Part shown: positions 9,007-14,994 of the stretch, in pieces | Numbering within the stretch: position 1 is the first letter of the stretch | Layout of the letters: every line of letters begins with the position of its first letter | Notes under the pieces: model-generated | Told to the model about the DNA's origin: nothing | The model's database searches: none | Seen by the model: only the letters and a program-made list of their open reading frames with translations | Made by a program: the position numbers and the translations under genes | Virus record (IMG/VR): IMGVR_UViG_3300048598_000552 | Coordinates: 1-38,387 of that record | Origin: a virus | Taxonomy: Duplodnaviria > Caudoviricetes | DNA: 38,387 bases | Reading direction: 5' to 3' (one strand)

Positions 9007-9382
9007 TGACCGTTATCAGGATGTGTTGGAATGTGTCTGCGGTGCCGGGGTCCGCTCTTCCAAAAACCTGAATTTTGACCAATATAACAAACTGATTCAA
9101 CGGTTTACGAAAATGGGTTTTGAATTAAAACCAAAAGTGAACAAAGGCCACCGGCAGCCATATCATAAAGCACCTGGACCCGATCCGGACGGCCTCCCCT
9201 CCCCGGCCCACCTGAAGAAGATTAACGACCTTTATGATCAACTTGGCTGGGTTGAAAGTGAACGCCGGATTGGATTCAACCGGCGGGTTATCAAGAAACC
9301 CTGGCCTCAAAACCGGGAGGAAGCCAATAAAATAATCGAAGCTCTAAAGTCAATGGTTGCGCGGAAACAGAAAATGGGATAA
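8939..9382 (+). CDS. gemA: GemA/gp16-like protein of Mu-like phages
   Basis: IIHMAKTQLGLDDDRYQDVL...GVRSSKNL...ANKIIEALKSM; immediately precedes Mor. Confidence 0.85.
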   Translation: MQKIGNKQKAIIHMAKTQLGLDDDRYQDVLECVCGAGVRSSKNLNFDQYNKLIQRFTKMGFELKPKVNKGHRQPYHKAPGPDPDGLPSPAHLKKINDLYDQLGWVESERRIGFNRRVIKKPWPQNREEANKIIEALKSMVARKQKMG

Positions 9383-9391
9383 AATAAGGGA

Positions 9392-9721
9392 GTGAATTTT
9401 ATGGAAATCAAAGATTGGGCTAAGGAGGTTAAAGCCGAAGACATTCCATCCAGTTTTCAGGACATTGTATATGCCATAGGAATTGAGGCTCTTTTAAAAC
9501 TATCGTTTTCAGTTGGCGGAACTACGTTATATGTTCCAAAACCGGAATTTTTCTTACACAAAGCCAAAGAACGTCTTATCATTGATGAATATAACAAAGG
9601 ATCAACAATCAAGGAACTGGCTTTGAGGTACCAACTTAGCGATGCATGTATACGAAAGATAATTAGCGATTATTTTCTGGAAAAAGAGCAACTGAAATTA
9701 TTCGAAAAAGATGTCTCTTAG
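9392..9721 (+). CDS. mor: Mor/C-family transcription activator
   Basis: IGIEALLKLS..VGGTTLYVPK and C-terminal HTH IKELALRYQLSDACIRKII. Confidence 0.88.
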   Translation: MNFMEIKDWAKEVKAEDIPSSFQDIVYAIGIEALLKLSFSVGGTTLYVPKPEFFLHKAKERLIIDEYNKGSTIKELALRYQLSDACIRKIISDYFLEKEQLKLFEKDVS

Positions 9722-9761
9722 AACCGTTCCTGAGTACTTTATTACCCATAATTGATACAAT
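9721..9761 (+). promoter_or_regulatory. putative Mor-activated promoter
   Basis: Extended -10 TGaTACAAT (9753-9761), no good -35, dyad GAACCGTTC (9721-9729) centred near -43. Confidence 0.45.
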
Positions 9762-9797
9762 CCCAGTGTAGAGTTAATGCACTGGGATTTTTGTTTT
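9759..9797 (+). terminator. intrinsic terminator after mor
   Basis: AATCCCAGTGTA-gagttaa-TGCACTGGGATT followed by TTTGTTTT. Confidence 0.75.
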
Positions 9798-9809
9798 AGG
9801 CAGTCAAAT

Positions 9810-9870
9810 GGGGGCTGGGCCTAACTGTCCGGATACGGGCAGGTGCGGAATAACCGCAAAGCTCCCACCA
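9810..9870 (+). ncRNA. 61-nt tRNA-like element ending in ACCA
   Basis: Acceptor-like stem GGGGGCT/AGCTCCC+ACCA, two internal hairpins (CTGTCCG-gata-CGGGCAG; TGCGG-aataa-CCGCA); no D-arm, no TTC loop. Confidence 0.55.
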
Positions 9871-9873
9871 AAT

Positions 9874-9948
9874 CGCGGGGTGGAGGAGCGGTTCCTCAAG
9901 GGGTTCATACCCCCGTTTACGCCGGTTCGAATCCGGCCCCCGCAACCA
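9874..9948 (+). tRNA. tRNA-Met(CAU), initiator type
   Basis: Cloverleaf: C1xA72 mismatch, A11:U24, run of G:C pairs in the anticodon stem, CAT at 9906-9908, GCCGG-TTCGAAT-CCGGC T-arm, encoded CCA. Confidence 0.93.
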
Positions 9949-10002
9949 ATGTTTTACCGGGACAAGGATGTCTCGAATAAATACCAAGGATGGGATGACA
10001 AC

Positions 10003-10851
10003 ATGAGATTACGCAGCCCGATTGTTTGGTTTGGCGGAAAAAGCGCGATGGTTTCCAAATTAAAACCATTACTGCCGCCATCTCAATCATACAAGATTTT
10101 CGTTGAAGTCTTTGGCGGGGGAGCCAATCTTTTATTCGCCAAGGAGCCCATGGGAATCGAGGTATATAACGACCTTGATTCGGGTTTGGTTACATTCTTC
10201 CGGGTGTTGCGGGACACCAAAAAATTTACGAGGTTTTACCATTACGCGATAAATACCCCGTACAGCCGGGAAGAGTTCAAGTTTTGCAGGGATTCCTGGC
10301 TGGAGTGTAAAGATGAAGCCCTAAAGGCATACCGCTGGTTTGTCAAGAACCGGATGAGCTTCGCGGGACTAGGGAGAAGCTGGGGACGGTCAGTCACATC
10401 CAGTACGCGCGGGATGGCCGAAGCCCCGGCAAGCTGGATGAGTATCCTGGAATTACTTCCGGTAATCCACCACCGCTTGAGGGGAGTGCAGATCGAACAA
10501 AAGGACTTCCGAGCCATCCTTGCCGAGTATGATACGCCCGAAACGTTCTTTTATTGCGACCCGCCTTATGTGCCAGAAACCAGGCGCGACGGCAAATATA
10601 CCCATGAAATGACGTTGGATGACCACCGGGATTTAGTCCAAGTCTTGTTGCAACTCAAAGGGAAAGCGATACTTTCCGGGTATGCCCACCCGGTTCACCG
10701 GTCATTAGAAGAGGCTGGATGGGAACGCCGGGATTTTGAAATGACCTGCACCGCCACCGGCAGGACTCGTGGAAGCAGGCACTTGACCAAAGAGCAATTA
10801 AAGCGAATCGAAAGCGTATGGATCAGTCCAAAGCTCAAATCAGGAGGTTAA
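10003..10851 (+). CDS. Dam/D12-class N6-adenine DNA methyltransferase
   Basis: WFGGKS, FVEVFGGGA (SAM binding), YNDLD, YCDPPY; start reassigned to ATG 10003 because the longer ORF runs through the tRNA. Confidence 0.9.
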   Translation: MRLRSPIVWFGGKSAMVSKLKPLLPPSQSYKIFVEVFGGGANLLFAKEPMGIEVYNDLDSGLVTFFRVLRDTKKFTRFYHYAINTPYSREEFKFCRDSWLECKDEALKAYRWFVKNRMSFAGLGRSWGRSVTSSTRGMAEAPASWMSILELLPVIHHRLRGVQIEQKDFRAILAEYDTPETFFYCDPPYVPETRRDGKYTHEMTLDDHRDLVQVLLQLKGKAILSGYAHPVHRSLEEAGWERRDFEMTCTATGRTRGSRHLTKEQLKRIESVWISPKLKSGG

Positions 10852-10854
10852 TTC

Positions 10855-11418
10855 ATGAATTCGTTTATTCTGATTAAACCGGATGGAAGCCAACAAGAAA
10901 CGCCGTTCTTATTGAAAAATGGCGTTCCTTGTATTTCAGAACATGTTTTCTGTTCCGAATTCGGTGAACATGATGACAAAGGAAATTGGGTGCCGGAGAT
11001 CCCGATCCGGGCGTTCGAACCGACACTTAAATTGTTTGAAGCAATCCGGGAGATCGTGGGTCAACCGATTGCCATTAACTCCGGGTACCGTACTATCGAA
11101 AAACAAAAATACTTATATAAAGCCGACCTTGAAAGCAATGGCGGAAAGCCATCCGGAAAAGTCGCCAATCCTGCCAATGCCCCGCATACCACCGGAACGG
11201 CAATGGATCTATCCCTACCGGCAGGATATACCGCTCAGCAATTGGCCCAACTAATCCGGCAAACATCGGTCAAGCTTGGGTATCCAATGGCCCGTACCGG
11301 ATATATCACTTATGATTATAAATTTGTTCATTTCGATTTGGTGTTTCTATTATATGCCCCATATACTAAAACGCCTAATCCCGCACCTGCTTTATGGTTT
11401 CCGGGAGGTTCATGGTAA
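10855..11418 (+). CDS. peptidase M15-family endolysin
   Basis: INSGYR, HTTGTAMDL, FVHFDL Zn-peptidase motifs; RBS AGGAGG. Confidence 0.85.
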   Translation: MNSFILIKPDGSQQETPFLLKNGVPCISEHVFCSEFGEHDDKGNWVPEIPIRAFEPTLKLFEAIREIVGQPIAINSGYRTIEKQKYLYKADLESNGGKPSGKVANPANAPHTTGTAMDLSLPAGYTAQQLAQLIRQTSVKLGYPMARTGYITYDYKFVHFDLVFLLYAPYTKTPNPAPALWFPGGSW

Positions 11419-11633
11419 TGCGCAACGGAACCAAGATATTAATCGGATTCATCGTTACAAATCAGTTAGTCATTTATTCCCTGGTGTTTTTAGGACTTTT
11501 CACCCAAAAATCAAATCCAACCTTTTGGCCCAATGCGGCGGGAGTTATCGGAGCTTTAGCCGGGTTTAGCGCCTTGGCATTTGGAGCCAACGAATGGCGG
11601 AAAACAAGAGAAAATACAACCCGTAAGGAGTGA
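11418..11633 (+). CDS. putative holin (2 TM, basic C-terminus)
   Basis: Two hydrophobic segments, tail WRKTRENTTRKE, TAATG-coupled to the endolysin. Confidence 0.6.
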   Translation: MRNGTKILIGFIVTNQLVIYSLVFLGLFTQKSNPTFWPNAAGVIGALAGFSALAFGANEWRKTRENTTRKE

Positions 11634-12091
11634 TTTCCATTTGCAGATTAAATTTTCGATGTTTGTTGCTGCCCTTATTATCGCTTTTATTGCTGGTTAT
11701 TATCTCAGCTTCAACCAGAGCCGAGTCGAACTACGCAATTACCGAAAACGACTTGACGAAACTACTTTCAATCTTGCAAAGGCTCGAAGCGCTCAACAAG
11801 ACGCTATCCGAAGAGTTGAATACCTCCAAAACGAACTTGACGCTGCTACAAAACGAGTTAACGATTTGCAAGCAAGAGTTGACGGAATTAGAACAACGGC
11901 TGCAAGTATCGGAGACGGAATCGAAAGCGCTGTTAAGGGAGTTAACGAATGCAAACACCTTATTAACGAAAGCATCACTATCCTTCAACGAATACAAGCA
12001 AGCGGCGGAAGCGAAGATCCGTAAATTGGCCTTCCAGCGTAACATATCAATATTCGTAACAATCATTACTTTTTTAGGGGTGGCGCTTTAA
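11630..12091 (+). CDS. spanin-like protein: signal peptide + coiled coil + C-terminal TM
   Basis: LLLPLLSLLLLVIISASTRA, heptad-rich body, ISIFVTIITFLGVAL; GTGA/TAATG coupling to both neighbours. Confidence 0.6.
   Translation: MISICRLNFRCLLLPLLSLLLLVIISASTRAESNYAITENDLTKLLSILQRLEALNKTLSEELNTSKTNLTLLQNELTICKQELTELEQRLQVSETESKALLRELTNANTLLTKASLSFNEYKQAAEAKIRKLAFQRNISIFVTIITFLGVAL
11641..12024 (+). CDS. i-spanin-like protein embedded in another frame: N-terminal TM + coiled coil
   Basis: RBS AAGGAG (11625-11630) with TTG 11641 (or ATG 11659); FVAALIIAFIAGYYL then a helical body. Confidence 0.55.
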   Translation: MQIKFSMFVAALIIAFIAGYYLSFNQSRVELRNYRKRLDETTFNLAKARSAQQDAIRRVEYLQNELDAATKRVNDLQARVDGIRTTAASIGDGIESAVKGVNECKHLINESITILQRIQASGGSEDP

Positions 12092-12438
12092 TGAATAGCG
12101 GAAAGATACCTGAAATTTACGTGGCGCTTTGGCCGATACTCCTATCCGTTTTAACATTTGCCATCGGGATTATTGGGACATTATTCAAAGTACTCTGGGA
12201 TCAAAACAATAAGAAGCAATTGGAACAAGACCAGGCCATCAAGGAATTGCAAAACGCCATCACCGAGTTGCCTGAAAAATACGCTTTAAAAATGGACTTT
12301 ACAATCGCCATAACACAAATACAAAAAGAGATCAAGGACATCAGTGAAAAGATAGTCTGTTTGAATAACAACGTAATTGCAGCCATTAACGATTTGAGTA
12401 TTAAGGTAGCCAAACTCCCTGGAGGTGAAGATCCGTGA
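12091..12438 (+). CDS. TM + coiled-coil protein of the lysis/packaging region
   Basis: N-terminal hydrophobic helix, then heptads; position typical for Mu-like phages. Confidence 0.7.
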   Translation: MNSGKIPEIYVALWPILLSVLTFAIGIIGTLFKVLWDQNNKKQLEQDQAIKELQNAITELPEKYALKMDFTIAITQIQKEIKDISEKIVCLNNNVIAAINDLSIKVAKLPGGEDP

Positions 12439-12755
12439 CGGAATATAAAGGTCCAGTGGCATTTACTGAATACAAAGAGATCCGCTATTGGATACTCCGG
12501 CTCTTATATAATCATCTTCCGGCTGGGTGCAGCGCGCACACATTATCCGGCATGTTAATCAGCCTGGGTTTTAATATAGAAGAAATGCATGTATCCGGCC
12601 ATCTCCGATATCTGGCGGATAAAGAGTATATCGATCTGGAAGAAAAAGAAGTGAAACCGTTGGGTATCACTAGGCACATTGCCACACTCAACTCAAAAGG
12701 CGTCGACTTTGTGGAAGGTAATCTCCCTGAAGATCCGGGGATCATTCGGAAGTGA
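12435..12755 (+). CDS. small winged-helix-like protein (Mu gp26 position), paralog 1
   Basis: IRYWILRLL...LRYLADKEYI...LNSKGVDFVEG..EDPGI. Confidence 0.7.
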   Translation: MTEYKGPVAFTEYKEIRYWILRLLYNHLPAGCSAHTLSGMLISLGFNIEEMHVSGHLRYLADKEYIDLEEKEVKPLGITRHIATLNSKGVDFVEGNLPEDPGIIRK

Positions 12756-12769
12756 GGAGGGGTAATTCA

Positions 12770-13078
12770 ATGAATGACCAAACTATGGCCATGCAACATA
12801 ACAAACATATACGGGGATATATAATGCGTATGTTGGTAAAAAGCCCTCAATATACGTTACTCTGTCACCAAATATCACAAAAATTAATTTACGATAGAAT
12901 GACAGGCGATCCGGATATATCACCTTTTTTAAATTACCTCGCGGAAAAAAAGTATATCCAATTTGTCGGTAAAAACACAGCGTATACAACCTATGCCAAT
13001 GACCTGCCGGTTAGTTTAACGGCCAGTGGTATCGATTTAGTTGAAAGCTCCATCGAAGATCCGGGAGTGGACATCTAA
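12770..13078 (+). CDS. small winged-helix-like protein, paralog 2
   Basis: IRGYIMRML...LNYLAEKKYI...LTASGIDLVES.IEDPGV; RBS GAGGAGG. Confidence 0.7.
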   Translation: MNDQTMAMQHNKHIRGYIMRMLVKSPQYTLLCHQISQKLIYDRMTGDPDISPFLNYLAEKKYIQFVGKNTAYTTYANDLPVSLTASGIDLVESSIEDPGVDI

Positions 13079-13642
13079 ATGGGTGAACAGCGCCGCAGAA
13101 CCAGGATTCGGTCTAAAATCGATGATCTGCCGCCGGACGTTAAGGTCATGGTTGACCTGATGTTAGCGGATACACGTAATACGTATCAAATGATTGCCGA
13201 TTATATCGCCAGCACCGGCAATGAAGTATCCAAAAGCGCGGTTGGCGCATATGCGCTCCGGAAGAACTCAGCTGCTCAACGGCTGAAAGAGGCGCAGGAA
13301 CAAACCAAAACCTTGATCGAAGTGGTTAAACAAAATCCTGACGCTGATTATACTGAACCGGCGCTGCAAATTATCGGCGGCGAATTGACCAAAAAATTCG
13401 CGGCGGCCCAGGAAGAATGGGACGAAATGCCGCTCGACAAGGCCGGGAGACTGATGGTTGCCCTCTCCCGTACCAAGGTTTATAAGGATAAAATCCGGGC
13501 GGATTTAGCCGCGAAAACCAAGGTGGCGCTCGAAGAATTTAAACGACAAGTATACGCTGAGTTTGAAAAATATCCGGATCTATTGGAGCGGATTATCTCC
13601 ATCGCCAATCAGATGGCCGATAAGCTGGAGGGAGACGAATGA
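13079..13642 (+). CDS. Mu gp27/DUF3486-like putative small terminase
   Basis: RSKIDDLPPDVK...TYQMIADYI...VSKSAVGAY. Confidence 0.82.
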   Translation: MGEQRRRTRIRSKIDDLPPDVKVMVDLMLADTRNTYQMIADYIASTGNEVSKSAVGAYALRKNSAAQRLKEAQEQTKTLIEVVKQNPDADYTEPALQIIGGELTKKFAAAQEEWDEMPLDKAGRLMVALSRTKVYKDKIRADLAAKTKVALEEFKRQVYAEFEKYPDLLERIISIANQMADKLEGDE

Positions 13643-14130
13643 ACTGGTATGTCCTGCAGGTCCGAACCGGCGAAGAGGTCGCCATCCGGAATGCCATCGA
13701 AAACAAGATCGGTGTTAAAGCCTGGGTACCGCGCCGCACCATATGCGAGCGCCATCAGGGTAAAATACAAACTGTCATCAAGACCATTTTGCCATCCTAT
13801 GTATTTACTCAAATCAACTTGGAGCCAAAGGTTTATTATCAGTTAAGACGTATCTCCGGAGTGATCCGGTTCCTGGGCGGCAATGGCCCGGAGCCGGTAC
13901 CGGAACCGGAAATGACATACATGTTTAAAATGTGTGGTGATGGTGAACTGGCCGGACTATCCACCCTCTCCATCGGCGACGGTATCAGGGTACTGGCCGG
14001 GCCGCTCCAAGGGATGGAAGGACAGATCGTCCGAATTGATAAGCGCAAGCTCCGGGCCAGGGTCAGGCTGACCCTCTTCGGTCAACCTCATTTTGTGGAT
14101 ATGGGTTTGGAGGTTCTAAATGGAACTTGA
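13639..14130 (+). CDS. NusG-paralog antiterminator, LoaP-like
   Basis: NGN domain MNWYVLQVRTGEE...ILPSYVF...GVIRFLG; KOW GDGIRVLAGPLQGMEGQIVRIDKRKLRARV. Confidence 0.88.
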   Translation: MNWYVLQVRTGEEVAIRNAIENKIGVKAWVPRRTICERHQGKIQTVIKTILPSYVFTQINLEPKVYYQLRRISGVIRFLGGNGPEPVPEPEMTYMFKMCGDGELAGLSTLSIGDGIRVLAGPLQGMEGQIVRIDKRKLRARVRLTLFGQPHFVDMGLEVLNGT

Positions 14131-14279
14131 GCTTTATCGATGCGGTTCCATCGTAACAATTAAATTGATTAATATCCAAGGCATTATTACTGGCATATGT
14201 ATCAGAGATAATCGCATCACGTATGAAGTATCTTATTGGATTTCGATAAAAACAAAAAAGAATCTATTGGATTTATAAA

Positions 14280-14383
14280 AGCATCCGGTTGAAACGCCAC
14301 CCGTTACGGCGGGGGCGGGGATTCCGGAGAACAAATTTTAAATTGACTGACGCATCACAAGCGCCGGATGGCGAAGCTATGCT
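14280..14383 (+). ncRNA. structured cis-RNA candidate downstream of the antiterminator
   Basis: Outer stem CATCCGG(14282-88)/CCGGATG(14364-70), inner hairpin CGCC-a-CCCGT-tacg-GCGGG-GGCG (14295-14317), GCGAAGC mini-hairpin. Confidence 0.55.
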
Positions 14384-14410
14384 AAATAAGAAATTTAGGG
14401 AGATGAGGCA

Positions 14411-14728
14411 ATGGTTCAGACAATTATTATCATTTGTTTATTTATATGGGTTGCTTGCGAGGTTATCAGATTGGTTTTGCATATACGCCAAAAAACCGGC
14501 AAGATGACCCTTGGTTCGTTTAAACCATTTTTCACAAAAGAACCCAAATCTGAACCCGGTGAAATATTTGAAAAAGCTCTGGAACAATCTTGTGAAACAA
14601 GTAAGTTTTGTCCGGTTAGAGATGGGACGTACCGATGGACGTGTTATTCTCATGAGGATGTTGAATGCAGTAACTGCAGAAAAAATTATTTCATTAATAT
14701 GGCAAAAAAGCAGGGAGTCCCTGAATGA
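14411..14728 (+). CDS. hypothetical protein, N-terminal TM, Cys-rich C-terminus
   Basis: Purine-rich RBS GGGAGATGAGG; hydrophobic N-terminus; CP..C..CSNC. Confidence 0.6.
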   Translation: MVQTIIIICLFIWVACEVIRLVLHIRQKTGKMTLGSFKPFFTKEPKSEPGEIFEKALEQSCETSKFCPVRDGTYRWTCYSHEDVECSNCRKNYFINMAKKQGVPE

Positions 14729-14979
14729 TTGGTTACAAAAACAAACACGGCCAAATTCTATTTGTCTCCCCCGGCCTGGGCGGAGACAATTTTGCAACAT
14801 ATATCAAAAAACCAAATGGCGGCATCCGGCGATTTTGTTCTCGCCTGCTGCCAGTGCGTCCTGATCGGAGCCAGGCCGACTATGACCTGCGAAAATATGC
14901 CATGATTACCGGGATGCATAAAGTCGAATTACCCGACGACTATGTTCTAGATCGAAAATATGTCGGAATTAAACGATGA
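14725..14979 (+). CDS. hypothetical protein
   Basis: ATGA-coupled, RBS GGGAG. Confidence 0.55.
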   Translation: MIGYKNKHGQILFVSPGLGGDNFATYIKKPNGGIRRFCSRLLPVRPDRSQADYDLRKYAMITGMHKVELPDDYVLDRKYVGIKR

Positions 14980-14994
14980 ATAAAGGTTAATTAA

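Noticed and set aside
9721-9729. LexA (Cheo) box
   Set aside because: GAAC and GTTC are 1 bp apart, not the required 4
9810-9870. tmRNA or canonical tRNA-Ala/Ile
   Set aside because: Far too short for tmRNA; no D-arm, TTC loop or 7-nt anticodon loop
9874-9948. tRNA as prophage attachment site
   Set aside because: It lies internally between mor and late genes, no duplicated 3' end was seen, and no integrase is present
9796-9987. Minus-strand 63-aa ORF
   Set aside because: It is the antisense reading of the tRNA (WLRGPDSNRR is a typical tRNA shadow)
9808-10002. N-terminal 65 codons of the 347-aa methyltransferase ORF
   Set aside because: They run through the tRNA-like element and tRNA-Met; family motifs begin at ATG 10003
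11412-11420. Lambda-S-type dual-start holin/antiholin (Met-Val-Met)
   Set aside because: No charged residue between the starts, and the first ATG is only 3 nt from the RBS
14234-14274. TATTGGATTT direct repeat (14234, 14265)
   Set aside because: Only two 10-bp copies in AT-rich DNA; insufficient support
14289-14507. 72-aa ORF and overlapping 14511..14864 ORF
   Set aside because: No RBS; they overlap the structured RNA and better-supported genes
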